IMG/VR virus record: IMGVR_UViG_3300046794_000491
Coordinates: 1,976 to 65,975 of that record
DNA: 64,000 nucleotides
Source of the DNA: a virus
Taxonomy: Duplodnaviria > Caudoviricetes
Reading direction: 5' to 3' (one strand)
The notes under the pieces were generated by a model, which did no database searches, was not told the DNA's origin, and saw only the letters and a list, made by a program, of their open reading frames with translations. Position numbers and translations under genes: made by a program. Positions 1 to 9,536 of this stretch are shown here, piece by piece. Each line of letters starts with the position of its first letter. Position 1 is the stretch's first letter.

Positions 1-72
1 AAACGGAAGGACGACACCCCAGCCCTCCCATCCACTGCGATCCACGGCCGCCGGGAACTCCGGGGCAGCGGG

Positions 73-102
73 AGAGTGGAAGGAGGGAGGGGTTAGCGTC
101 TC
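73..102 (-). promoter_or_regulatory. Putative late promoter GAGACG-N18-CACTCT (for a gene left of the window)
   Basis: Matches the motif seen upstream of 11 other structural units. Confidence 0.6.
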
Positions 103-109
103 GGGCAGG

Positions 110-1309
110 TCAGCCGTAGAAGTCGGAGCGGGTCAGCGACAGGACCGCGGTGCCGGCGGCCGGGTCTATCTCCTCGCCCACGATGCGATGCCAGATGGCG
201 AGCTCGCCCACCCACGGCACTTCGACCTGCACAAGGATGCGGTCGCCGAGCGCCCACGAGCCGAGCGGCGCGTTGGGGTGGTGGCGGATCGCGATGGACG
301 GGATCGTGAGCTGCTCCGAGTGTTTGGCGCGCTGCTTTTTGCCGTACGAGGTCAGCGTTCGATGGTTCGCCGTGGACTTGTAGGTGACGATCTTGGCGCG
401 CCGGATCCGCTTGTCGTCCACGACGACGCGCACTCGGGCGGTCTTCGCGCCGGAGCCCTTGCCGAGGACGTAGATGTTGTTGGTGAAGTAGTCGCCCTGC
501 CCGCCGGGCGTCGCCAGTTCGATGATGTTCTCGCCTTGGGCGAATCTCAGGTCGTGACGGGTCCTGCCGAGCCGCTTGGTGCCCAGGTCGATGTGGTGAA
601 GGATCTTCTCCTTCGTGCCGTCCCAGTAGTGCCGCTCCAGGTAGTCGGCCTTGGCCAGGCTCATGACGTCGCTGATGACCTGGCCGCAGTCCGGGCTGTC
701 CCACCACGCGAGTTCCCACGGGTCCTCGCCGTTGGACGCGCCGAGTTTGTGGCCGGACATGTGCTTGTCGAGGGTGATGCCGAGCTTGCCCGCCTGGTAG
801 TCCTGCAAGTGGTCCCAGATGTGCCGGACGACGGAGTACGCGTCCCACCGGTCGGAGATCTTGTCCTTCGGCCGCTTCGGCATCTTCCGCTTGGGACTGG
901 TGTGGTCGATGTAGCCGTCGTGGTTCTTGTCCTTGCCGTCGTACGCCCACTTCTGGGGGATTTTGGAGCCGGATCGGATCGTGTCCCCGAGGTAGGGCAT
1001 CCCGGCGGGATAGGCGGTGTAGCCGGCGCACGTCACCTTCATCGCCTGGCCCTCGTAGGCGATGTTCGTGACGATTCCGCCCCACCGGATGTGCCCGTTG
1101 AACTCCACGAACAGGCTGGTAGCCCACTCGGAGATGACAGGCAGCCCGTCGGGCTTGGCCATCAGCCGCATGTACTCCGGCTCGATCGTGCCCGTCATCT
1201 GCCCGGGCCCGTTCAGCTCACGGCGCGGCGCGCTGTCGGCCTTGAAGGGAACATCCCAGTCAAGGAAGTCGCCCGTGAGGGTGCGCATTGCTATGTACCG
1301 CCAGCCCAT
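110..1309 (-). CDS. Minor tail protein (siphovirus baseplate/Tal-like)
   Basis: 399 aa, downstream of Dit/TMP, start overlaps the upstream stop; resembles actinophage minor tail proteins. Confidence 0.7.
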   Translation of the reverse strand: MGWRYIAMRTLTGDFLDWDVPFKADSAPRRELNGPGQMTGTIEPEYMRLMAKPDGLPVISEWATSLFVEFNGHIRWGGIVTNIAYEGQAMKVTCAGYTAYPAGMPYLGDTIRSGSKIPQKWAYDGKDKNHDGYIDHTSPKRKMPKRPKDKISDRWDAYSVVRHIWDHLQDYQAGKLGITLDKHMSGHKLGASNGEDPWELAWWDSPDCGQVISDVMSLAKADYLERHYWDGTKEKILHHIDLGTKRLGRTRHDLRFAQGENIIELATPGGQGDYFTNNIYVLGKGSGAKTARVRVVVDDKRIRRAKIVTYKSTANHRTLTSYGKKQRAKHSEQLTIPSIAIRHHPNAPLGSWALGDRILVQVEVPWVGELAIWHRIVGEEIDPAAGTAVLSLTRSDFYG

Positions 1310-2277
1310 CAGGCGCTCACCGGCTCCTGCGAGTAGGTCACTTCAAGGGAGAGCACCGTGGAGGCGTCCGCGCGGAGCACGCCGGTGATGGTGTCCGTGC
1401 CGATGCCTTCCACGTCGATGTCGAGCATCGTCCCGCGGGTGGCTGGGTCGAGGAGGAACTTGTGCCCGGTCTGGACGGCGAGCCTGCCCGCCTCCACGGC
1501 CCCGTACGGCATGCCGACGCCGTGTTGGTCTCCCAGGGACACGCGGAGCTGCCCGCGGGCCTCCGTGGTGTCCGGGTGCAGCAGGCCCGTGATGTGGACG
1601 TGCACGGCCGCGTGCGTCGCCCACTCCGGAATCTTCTCCGTCCACGTGGCGCCGAGCGGGAACGCTTCGAATGTGTCGGTGATCAGGCCGACGTCGTCCG
1701 GCGTCGTCCACGCCCCGTACATGTAGCGGACGAAGGAGAGCGTGCGCGGCCGCACCATCTGCCGTAGGTCCGTGACCATCGGGGCGGTGATGACGCTCGT
1801 GGACGCCGGGATGTCAACGCGGGCGAGCGTGATGGCCGTGGAGTCGCCATCGACGTCGAGGATGCTCGTGGTGCCGGGCGGCACGTCGGGGATCACCCGG
1901 GTGAACACGTACGGTCCGACCTCCGGGTCCTCCGGGGCCGGCCACGTTTCTCCGCCGTACGGGTCCTCAACCCGAACGATGATCAGGTCCGAGCGGCCGC
2001 CGTCGGAGCTGGTGGGCTCGATGCCCACCGGATCGAGGGTGGGGTTGCGGGCCGCGTACGACTGATCGCCGCCGCCCGCGGCCGCGCGCCGCTTGGCGAC
2101 CATCGCGCCGGGGCCGACCTGAACGCCGGCACCCGGCACGTCCAGCGCGGTCACGAGGAGATCGGCCGGGGCGATGACACCCTCACCACCGCTCGCGGCG
2201 GTCTCCACGATCAGCCGGAGCGTCTCCTCGGACGCCGCGGTGTTCTCGACAAACCACGGGATGCCATCCCACGTCAT
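1309..2277 (-). CDS. Minor tail/structural protein
   Basis: 322 aa, RBS (AAGGAGAGG); RSDLIIVRVEDP...ITLARVDIPA..ITxxMVTDLR pattern typical of actinophage minor tail proteins. Confidence 0.7.
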   Translation of the reverse strand: MTWDGIPWFVENTAASEETLRLIVETAASGGEGVIAPADLLVTALDVPGAGVQVGPGAMVAKRRAAAGGGDQSYAARNPTLDPVGIEPTSSDGGRSDLIIVRVEDPYGGETWPAPEDPEVGPYVFTRVIPDVPPGTTSILDVDGDSTAITLARVDIPASTSVITAPMVTDLRQMVRPRTLSFVRYMYGAWTTPDDVGLITDTFEAFPLGATWTEKIPEWATHAAVHVHITGLLHPDTTEARGQLRVSLGDQHGVGMPYGAVEAGRLAVQTGHKFLLDPATRGTMLDIDVEGIGTDTITGVLRADASTVLSLEVTYSQEPVSA

Positions 2278-2306
2278 GGGCCTCTCCTTCTCCGTACGGA
2301 CAAGGG

Positions 2307-2336
2307 AGGTTGGCCGGGCGAAGCGCCTAGTGTCGC
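2307..2336 (-). promoter_or_regulatory. Putative late promoter GCGACA-N18-CAACCT
   Basis: Motif match upstream of 2277. Confidence 0.55.
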
Positions 2337-2340
2337 CGCC

Positions 2341-3390
2341 TCACCACCAGGTGAAGGCGTCGCGCCAGTTGATTTCCACCCGGGGGCCGTCCCACTTCAG
2401 GTCGGATGACCGCGTGTAGGACAAGGTCGCCGACCAGTACCCGGGCGGGATGTACATCTCCGCCAGGCGCGGACTGTGCCGCGTCAGCTTGTCCGCCACC
2501 GATGACGTGGACGACCCCTTGGTGTGGGTCACCTGCCGCGACCACGGGCGGGGATCGATCGTGACGTAGTCGCCCGACGCGATGGTCATGGACAGCTGCA
2601 CTGACCACAGGTCCGGCGTGAACGTGACCTTCGGGTTCTTGCACGGCCCGTGAATCACGATGTAGGGGAAGGTGGTGGTCTTGCCGAGCTGCGGGACGGT
2701 AGCCGACTTGTTCGATGGGTGCTGCCAGAACTCGGACAGGTCCCCCCTCCGGCCGGGGCGCGGCGGCCGCCCGTGCATGAGGTAGTCCCACAGCTCGACG
2801 TGCTTTTCCGTCTGGTCGTAGAACCGGTCATCGACTGCCACGAAATCGGCGACCACGGGCGTGTAGCCCTGCCTGGTGAGCCGGGAGTGGGAGACGGCGA
2901 ACTTCCTCGGCCGCCCGTACAACTGCCGTGAGCGGCCCGCGGAGTGGTGTATCAGCCAGCCGACGCGGCCGCTCCTCGCGCGGACGGAGTCGCCCCGCCA
3001 CACCTGCCGCAGCAGGTCCACGCCGTCAGAGCCCCACACCGCCGGCCCCTGATCCTGCTTCTTGTAGAGCGCCATCGCCATCTCGATGTCGGTCCAGTCG
3101 CCGACGCGTTCGCCGCGTGTCCACGGGCGCATCGGCCAGTGCCGGTCAACGGGCCCGTCCACGCCGTCCACGCCCAGTTCGAACGTCACAGTGGCGTTCC
3201 GCTGGTAGTCGCGGCCCAAGCGGATGCCGTCCTCGCCCGGGAGCGTCGCGTCACCCACGTCGGCGTCGGCGAACGACACGTCGGGCTCCGTCAGGCAGTA
3301 GATGCCCGATGACTCACGGCCGAAAGTCAGTGAGGCGCCCGGGTAGTTGTCGTGCGGGGAGTAGCCGAGGAGCCATTCGCCGTCACGCAT
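2341..3390 (-). CDS. Distal tail (Dit)-like protein
   Basis: Directly after TMP; start reassigned to ATG 3390, which overlaps the TMP end with a GGAGG RBS; C-terminal IHGPCKNP...WRDA. Confidence 0.7.
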   Translation of the reverse strand: MRDGEWLLGYSPHDNYPGASLTFGRESSGIYCLTEPDVSFADADVGDATLPGEDGIRLGRDYQRNATVTFELGVDGVDGPVDRHWPMRPWTRGERVGDWTDIEMAMALYKKQDQGPAVWGSDGVDLLRQVWRGDSVRARSGRVGWLIHHSAGRSRQLYGRPRKFAVSHSRLTRQGYTPVVADFVAVDDRFYDQTEKHVELWDYLMHGRPPRPGRRGDLSEFWQHPSNKSATVPQLGKTTTFPYIVIHGPCKNPKVTFTPDLWSVQLSMTIASGDYVTIDPRPWSRQVTHTKGSSTSSVADKLTRHSPRLAEMYIPPGYWSATLSYTRSSDLKWDGPRVEINWRDAFTWW

Positions 3391-6300
3391 TGGGGTCACC
3401 TCCCTGGCGTATGCGGCGCAGCTCAAACATTGCGTCCTCCAGCGCGGTTCCGGTCGATGCCACGGCACCGATGTTCAGGTTGAGGTCGCCACCGACGAGC
3501 GCACCGGCCCCCTGCGGGACGGAGGCGCGTGGGGCGACGGATCGGGTGGTGGCGCGGACCATGGACAGGGCGCCGTTGGCGAAGGAGCGCAGCGCGCCTT
3601 GGCCGGGGTAGACGACCGTGCCGCCGAACATCTCGGCGACCTGGTCGAGGATCTCCTTGCTGCGCTTCCGCTTGGATTTTCCGAGCGGGACGTAGGCCTC
3701 GCCCCCGGTCTCGTCCTCCGCCCACAGCCGCCATTCGCCCGCCTTCGCAATCTGGGCGATGTGGTTCTCGGCGCCGTTGGCGAAGGCGCGGATGCGGCTG
3801 CCCACGGCGCGGATGCCGCCCTTGGCGTAGCGGACGATGTTGCCGTTCGCGTGCGTCGAGACCACGGACGGCTTGCCCTGCTCGCTGTACTTGACGGTGA
3901 CGTGCACGGTCCGGCCGGTGAGGTTGTTGATCTTCCCCTGGATCGCCTGCACCTGCTGGATGGGCGTCTTGTTCGGCGCGGTGATCTTCACCGTCTTGCC
4001 GTGCGACCCGTCCACCGTCTTGATCTTGTAACCGAGATCCTTCAGCATCGAAAGCGCGGTCTTCGTAGGCGTCTTGACCTCGATCGACTTGCCCTTGGGC
4101 AGGCCCGCGACCTTCTGCTGGACGCTCTTCAGGTCGCCGGCGGCCTGCTTGATGATCGCCTGGACCGTGACCTTCTTTTTATCCGGCGCGGCCGCGATGT
4201 CGTCAACGAGGGCGGCGATGTCGACGCGAGACTTGCCGGTCGGGGCGGTGACGACGACGTTCTTCGAGCCGGGGATCCGCTGGAACGAGTAGCCCAACAG
4301 CTCCAGCTGGGTCCGCGCCTCAAGCGTCGGAGACTTGATCTGGATGCCCTTGCCCGCCGGGATGCTCTCCAGCTGCGTACGCAGCCCCAGGATCTCGGCC
4401 GTGGCCTTCGGCATGCCCTCCGTGGTGATCAGCGTGCTGATCTGGTCGGGGATGAATCCCATCTGGTCCACCAAGGCCTTCGCCTGGTCCTTGGGGATGT
4501 TGAACGCGGCGGCGAGCTCCAGCGCCTTCTGCCGGGCATCCTTGGCCGCGTCACGGCTGGTGTTCATCGCCTCCGACAGAGGGATCAGGTGGTTGTCGGC
4601 GGCCTCGCGCGCGCTCGTGGAGACCTGGAGCATTCCGTCCCGCAGATCCTCAAGCTGCTGGTTGAGCTGCTGGCCGTTCTTCGTGGACGTGTTGACCAGC
4701 TTGTCGTTGCCGACCAGGGACTTGCCCCAGCCATCGGAGTGCTTGATGTTGTCCTTCATGGCGTCGTCGACCTGGAGCATCGTCTGGTTCAGCTTCGCGG
4801 TGGCGTCGTGGATCGACATGGTGTTGCCCTTGAGGGAGTCAAGGGCCGCCCTGAGCGCCTGAACCCGCTCGTCGGAGGTCTTCGTCTTGTCGTTGAAGGC
4901 TGCGATGGCGCCGCCGAGACGGGTGTAGGAGTCGACGCCCACGACGCCGCTGTCCTTCATGGCGGCCGCGGCTTCCTTGCTGTCGCGCCGCGACTTGGCC
5001 AACTCACCGTTGACGGAGCCGAGCGCGTCGGCCGCAGCCTTGTACTTCTTGCCCACCTCGTCGGGCACGAGGACGGATGCCTTGTCGCCCGCGATGTTCT
5101 TGTACTCCATGTGGGCGTTCATCAGGTCCTGCATCTTCTTGCGCAGGTCACCGACACTGCCGTCCTGCTCCAGGTAGGCGTCGGTGAGCTCCTTGAGCGA
5201 CACACCCGCATTGCGCATGACGTCGACCAGGCGCCCCTTGCCATCGGCCAACTGGGTGTCCTGGAGAAGCTGCACCGCCTGCGCGCGAACGTTCGCGTCG
5301 ATGACGCCGTTGGAGCCTGCGAGGGCCTTCGCCAGGGAATCGACGCGCTCACGGTGGGCGGCCGCCGCCCGGGCGTTCTGCTCCTGCTTCGCGGCGAGCA
5401 GACCGAGCCCGATGGTGACGCCGGTGATGGCGATGCCGAGCGGCCCGCCGAGGGCGCCCGTCAGGCCGCCAAGGGCGCGGACGGTTGCCCCGTTCGCGGC
5501 GCGGATACCGCGCATGGCGCCCGACAGCCGGCCACCCTGCGACGCGGCACCCTGGTAGGCCAAGCCGATGCGCTGCCATCCGGAGATCTGCGCACCCATC
5601 ACGCCGGTGCCGAGTTGGCCGCGCAGTGTCGCGCTCATCCCGCGCAGGGAGGTACCGGCGCCACTCACGGCGATACCGAGGCGCCCCAGCATGCTCGTCA
5701 CGCCGCTGATGACCTTCAGGGCGAGCATCGTTCCCAGGAATGTCGCCAGGACTGTGTTCGCCCCGGGGATGACGCTCATGAGTTTGTTGAAGACGTTCAG
5801 GAAGCCGCTGAAGGCTGCCATCAGCACGCCGAGCCCGCTGCCCGCTTGGGACAGGTGCCCGATGGCCTCCGCCAGGTTGGAGACGAGGCTGATCAGTGCG
5901 GGGCCGATGTTGTGGCCCATGGCGCTGAAGAACGTGCCGAGGGCGGGCCCGAGTTCGGTGCGGATCTGCCGGATCAGGTCCCTGACCCCGCCGTCCTTGG
6001 CGGCCCGGCCGAAGGCCCGGAAGAAGTCGCCGACGAGCATGTTCAGCTCGTGGAACGTGCCCGCCGAGTCCTCGTAGAACTGCTTCATGGCCGCTTGGCC
6101 CGGCTTACTGTGCGCCCACCGGTCGAAGCGGGCCATCGTGCCTTCAAGGCCGTCGAGGAGGCTGTTGCCGACGTCCATACCGGCCTTGCCCATCCCGCCG
6201 AAGCCCTTGATCATGTGGAGCGTCGCGCGGCCCAGCTGGTCCGCTTTCTGCCCGGCGTGGTCGAGGAACTTCGCCAGCGAGCCCGTCTCCCGGCCCGCCT

Positions 6301-8518
6301 GGATGGAAGCCCGCATCCACTGCGTCAGCTTCTCGGCGCCCGCGCCCACCCGTTCCACGAACGGGCCGCTGGCGACCAGGAAGTCGAGGGAGGCGTGGCC
6401 CAGGTTCGCGAGCCCGTCGGTCACGTGGCCGATGACGGTGCTGCTGGTGGCCGCGATGGTCTTGAAGTCCCGGCGGAAAACGCCTGTCTGCATGAACTCC
6501 GCACCGCGGTGGGCGAGCTCGCCCATCTGCCCGGCCGCGTCACCGAGGGTGCTTTGCAGGAGCGGGAAGACGGAGTTCGCCAGGGGCTTGATGTCGTCGG
6601 TGACCTTGGAGAAGAACCGGTCGGAGACGGCCATCTTGACCTTGCTCCAGGCCCCTTGCAGCTGGGAGACCGCGGCGACCGCCTTGCGCGCCGACGGGGC
6701 GAGCTGCTCCATCGCCTGCTTCAGCTTCTGCTGCTGCGCTGCGGTGACCTTCCCGTCGGCAGCCATAATCCGCTGCACTTGCAGCTGCTCTTTGAGAGCC
6801 TGCCCGAAGCCGGAGAAGGCGACCTTCGTGCCGATGAACGCCGTGCCGATGGCGGTGACCACGCCGGGGATCGCGCCGAGGACACCGACGGCCGGCGCGG
6901 CGGCAGACACCAGCGCGAACAGCCCCTCCACATACGCACTGAGCGCCGCGGCCGCAGGCTGGCCAAGCGCGATGATCGACCCGAACAGCGCCGCCCGCCA
7001 GCGACGGCGGCCGCCACGGCGGTTCACGTCGGGGTTCACCGGGATGTTGATCGACAGGGTGTCGGCGATGGCCTGGCCGACGCGGAGCACGCCGCGCAGG
7101 CCGCGGGTGAACAGGCTGCCGCCCTGTGCGCTGACGCGGGCACGCACGACGGAGGTCGCGGCGCGAGAGGCGCGGCCGACGACGGTGGCCACGCCCCGCG
7201 TCAGGTCCCGGACCGCGCGCGCGGCCGGAGTGACGGCGACCCGGACGGCGCTGCGGGTGTCGCGTGCAGCGGTCGCGGTGATGCGGCGCAGGTCCCGGGC
7301 CAGGCCCGTGACGGCCGTCCGGGCGGGCTCGGTGAGCACACGCACCCGGGCGGCGACGGCGTTACCGAACGGAGAGACAGCCCGCCGAATGCTGCGGCCG
7401 AAATCGAGGACGGCGTTGCGGCTGGAGTCCGCGGCCATCCGCACACCGACCACGAACTGGGCGCGGTAGCGGGTCGCCATCCGCCGTACGGAGGTGCCGA
7501 AGTCGCGGGCGGCCTGGCGGGACATGTCCGCGCTGACCCGGATACGGACGCCGAAGTCGCGCAGCGGCCCGAAGACCAGGCCGTCCAGCCAGCCGGGACC
7601 ACCGAGGCGGCCGCCGAACGCGGTCCTGAGCGCGTCGGCTGCTTCCTCGCCGATGCGGCGCATCTGGCGCCCGATGGCCCGGATATCGATGCTGGCGATC
7701 CGTAGCCCGGCGATCCGGATGCGGGTCACCAGGGCCCGGCTGTTCGTAGTCAGGAAGTGGCGGGCCTCCTCGGCGAAGCCGCGGATCGCGTCGCGGGTGT
7801 TGGCCACGCCGACCCGCACCTTGGCGGCGAGGCTGCGTACGCGCGAGCCCTGGTTGCCGAGCATCGTCCAAAACGCCCGGGAGAATGCCTGCCCGGTGTC
7901 GCGGCCGGCGGTGACCGCGATCCGGCCCATCTCCCGTACGAACGTCCTCAGCCCGCCACGAGTCGGCTCAAGGGCGTTCCGTGTGACGACGCGGAGCTGC
8001 CGCAGCGCCACCGCGACGATGCCGGACAGGGAGCGGCCGAACGAGCGCTCGGAGTCCCGGGCAGGGGCGACCCGTACGCGCGCGGTGCTCGCCTCGGGGT
8101 CGCGTGCCACGCGGGTGAGCAGACCCCGCAGGGATCCGCGGAGCCTGCCCACCAAGCGGCCGAGCCCACCGCCGCCACCGCTGCGGGTGCGGCCGTTGTC
8201 GTCGCTGTCGGCAAGCCGCACCGGCAGGTTGACCGACGCGCCTTGGGCGGCCCCGTCCGTCAGGTCGGACACTTCGCGGCGCAGCCGCTCCCGGTCCTCT
8301 TCGACCTTGATGCGGACCTTCGCCGTGACGCCCTTGGAGGCCTCTTCGACTGCCTGCTTCAGCTGCTTGCGCAGGCCCTTGCTGTCGACCTTGATGGCGA
8401 TCTTTGCGGCCACGCCCTCGGCGGCGGCCTCCACCTTCGTGCGCAGCTCTCGGGCAAAGCCTTCGAGGCTGGCGACGACGGTGACTTCAAGGCGCCCGGC
8501 CTGCATCCCCTCAGCCAC
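3383..8518 (-). CDS. Tail tape measure protein
   Basis: 1711 aa, Ala/Gly-rich helical protein with hydrophobic segments, AGRLEVTVVA N-terminus, located after the chaperone. Confidence 0.92.
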   Translation of the reverse strand: MAEGMQAGRLEVTVVASLEGFARELRTKVEAAAEGVAAKIAIKVDSKGLRKQLKQAVEEASKGVTAKVRIKVEEDRERLRREVSDLTDGAAQGASVNLPVRLADSDDNGRTRSGGGGGLGRLVGRLRGSLRGLLTRVARDPEASTARVRVAPARDSERSFGRSLSGIVAVALRQLRVVTRNALEPTRGGLRTFVREMGRIAVTAGRDTGQAFSRAFWTMLGNQGSRVRSLAAKVRVGVANTRDAIRGFAEEARHFLTTNSRALVTRIRIAGLRIASIDIRAIGRQMRRIGEEAADALRTAFGGRLGGPGWLDGLVFGPLRDFGVRIRVSADMSRQAARDFGTSVRRMATRYRAQFVVGVRMAADSSRNAVLDFGRSIRRAVSPFGNAVAARVRVLTEPARTAVTGLARDLRRITATAARDTRSAVRVAVTPAARAVRDLTRGVATVVGRASRAATSVVRARVSAQGGSLFTRGLRGVLRVGQAIADTLSINIPVNPDVNRRGGRRRWRAALFGSIIALGQPAAAALSAYVEGLFALVSAAAPAVGVLGAIPGVVTAIGTAFIGTKVAFSGFGQALKEQLQVQRIMAADGKVTAAQQQKLKQAMEQLAPSARKAVAAVSQLQGAWSKVKMAVSDRFFSKVTDDIKPLANSVFPLLQSTLGDAAGQMGELAHRGAEFMQTGVFRRDFKTIAATSSTVIGHVTDGLANLGHASLDFLVASGPFVERVGAGAEKLTQWMRASIQAGRETGSLAKFLDHAGQKADQLGRATLHMIKGFGGMGKAGMDVGNSLLDGLEGTMARFDRWAHSKPGQAAMKQFYEDSAGTFHELNMLVGDFFRAFGRAAKDGGVRDLIRQIRTELGPALGTFFSAMGHNIGPALISLVSNLAEAIGHLSQAGSGLGVLMAAFSGFLNVFNKLMSVIPGANTVLATFLGTMLALKVISGVTSMLGRLGIAVSGAGTSLRGMSATLRGQLGTGVMGAQISGWQRIGLAYQGAASQGGRLSGAMRGIRAANGATVRALGGLTGALGGPLGIAITGVTIGLGLLAAKQEQNARAAAAHRERVDSLAKALAGSNGVIDANVRAQAVQLLQDTQLADGKGRLVDVMRNAGVSLKELTDAYLEQDGSVGDLRKKMQDLMNAHMEYKNIAGDKASVLVPDEVGKKYKAAADALGSVNGELAKSRRDSKEAAAAMKDSGVVGVDSYTRLGGAIAAFNDKTKTSDERVQALRAALDSLKGNTMSIHDATAKLNQTMLQVDDAMKDNIKHSDGWGKSLVGNDKLVNTSTKNGQQLNQQLEDLRDGMLQVSTSAREAADNHLIPLSEAMNTSRDAAKDARQKALELAAAFNIPKDQAKALVDQMGFIPDQISTLITTEGMPKATAEILGLRTQLESIPAGKGIQIKSPTLEARTQLELLGYSFQRIPGSKNVVVTAPTGKSRVDIAALVDDIAAAPDKKKVTVQAIIKQAAGDLKSVQQKVAGLPKGKSIEVKTPTKTALSMLKDLGYKIKTVDGSHGKTVKITAPNKTPIQQVQAIQGKINNLTGRTVHVTVKYSEQGKPSVVSTHANGNIVRYAKGGIRAVGSRIRAFANGAENHIAQIAKAGEWRLWAEDETGGEAYVPLGKSKRKRSKEILDQVAEMFGGTVVYPGQGALRSFANGALSMVRATTRSVAPRASVPQGAGALVGGDLNLNIGAVASTGTALEDAMFELRRIRQGGDPNA

Positions 8519-8945
8519 TGACTTGCACCATTCCTCTCCTGGCAGCGGCCGCCAACATCTTGCGGTGACCGGTCATGGGCGGCGGCTGCTGCTGCGCGCG
8601 CGGGCTGTTCCCCTGGGGAACAGCGGCGGCCTCGGTGAGGGCCGACGGTCGGTTCACCGTCAGCGGTTCACGGCGGCGCCTGTCAGCGGCGAGCAGCGAC
8701 ACTTCCTCGATGAGCTGCGCCAGGAGTTCGTTGAGCACGGTCCAGCCGCCAACCGGCTGGGACATGACCCGGGAGCCCTCGGGCAGACCTTCAAGGAGGG
8801 CACTCAGCCGGCGGACTCCGATGAATCCGGGCTGTCCTGGCCGGAGCCAGATGCGTCGGGCGTCGAGCTGGTGGTAGCGGGAGAGGTCGGACTCGACGTC
8901 GCTCCAGCGTTCGCGGAGGAGCCGGCCAACCCGAAGAGCTTTCCC
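8511..8945 (-). CDS. C-terminal extension of tail assembly chaperone (G-T type, -1 frameshift product)
   Basis: -1 frame after G GGA AAG is open: ALRVGRLLRERWSDVESDLSRYHQLD...RRLSALLEGLP..., continuing into ORF 8511..8765. Confidence 0.85.
   Translation of the reverse strand, partial: GKALRVGRLLRERWSDVESDLSRYHQLDARRIWLRPGQPGFIGVRRLSALLEGLPEGSRVMSQPVGGWTVLNELLAQLIEEVSLLAADRRRREPLTVNRPSALTEAAAVPQGNSPRAQQQPPPMTGHRKMLAAAARRGMVQVSG
8606..8622. repeat. parS-like palindrome TGTTCCCCTGGGGAACA
   Basis: 17-bp palindrome, one of 9 copies. Confidence 0.7.
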
Positions 8946-9340
8946 AGATCCACGGCGTAGACCTGAGCGAGCGCCTTGGTCAGGCGGACGTAGTCGCCGA
9001 TCGAGGGCCGGATCGCCTTGAACGCCCTGAACTCTTCCGAGCCGAGGAGGACGGCGTAGATCTCCTTGACCGCGGCCAGGAACTCCCGCGGCAGGCTGGC
9101 CCGGCGGAAGAACAGGTCGATGACCTCGGCAGTGGAGATCTCGCCGGAGGAGTCGATGACCTCACCGAGGAGACCGACCAGATCGAGCTCTTCGGACAGC
9201 AGGGGGTCCAGCGCGTCGGCCGGGAGCTCGGCCGGGAACAGGAACATCTCTCCGCGCAGGAGAACGGTGATGCCGTCGGGGTGCTGCACCTCGCGCCGCT
9301 CGGCGTCGAGGTCGATGTGGTATGTCGAGGTGGCGGTCAT
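8804..9340 (-). CDS. Tail assembly chaperone (gpG-like)
   Basis: ATG 9340 with GGGAGGA RBS; upstream of TMP; contains the slippery heptamer. Confidence 0.85.
   Translation of the reverse strand: MTATSTYHIDLDAERREVQHPDGITVLLRGEMFLFPAELPADALDPLLSEELDLVGLLGEVIDSSGEISTAEVIDLFFRRASLPREFLAAVKEIYAVLLGSEEFRAFKAIRPSIGDYVRLTKALAQVYAVDLGKLFGLAGSSANAGATSSPTSPATTSSTPDASGSGQDSPDSSESAG
8939..8945 (-). other. Programmed -1 frameshift site GGGAAAG
   Basis: X XXY YYZ in the chaperone frame (CTG GGA AAG); same heptamer as lambda G-T. Confidence 0.85.
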
Positions 9341-9376
9341 GGCTCGGGTCCTCCCGGTGGGTGTCGAAGCACCGGG

Positions 9377-9406
9377 AACGTAGGGAGGCCCGTCGGCTTG
9401 CGTCTC
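9377..9406 (-). promoter_or_regulatory. Putative late promoter GAGACG-N18-TACGTT
   Basis: Motif match upstream of the chaperone-TMP unit. Confidence 0.65.
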
Positions 9407-9426
9407 GGGCACGCGGCCGCCGGAGG

Positions 9427-9443
9427 TGTTCCCCGGGGGAACA
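9427..9443. repeat. parS-like palindrome TGTTCCCCGGGGGAACA upstream of parB
   Basis: 17-bp palindrome. Confidence 0.7.
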
Positions 9444-9536
9444 CGCGGCTGGATTCCGGGATGTGGCAACAGGCCCCCCGGGGCTGGCGGCTAGCCTCTA
9501 TCCCGACCACATCTCTGACCTATCGGAAGGACGTCA

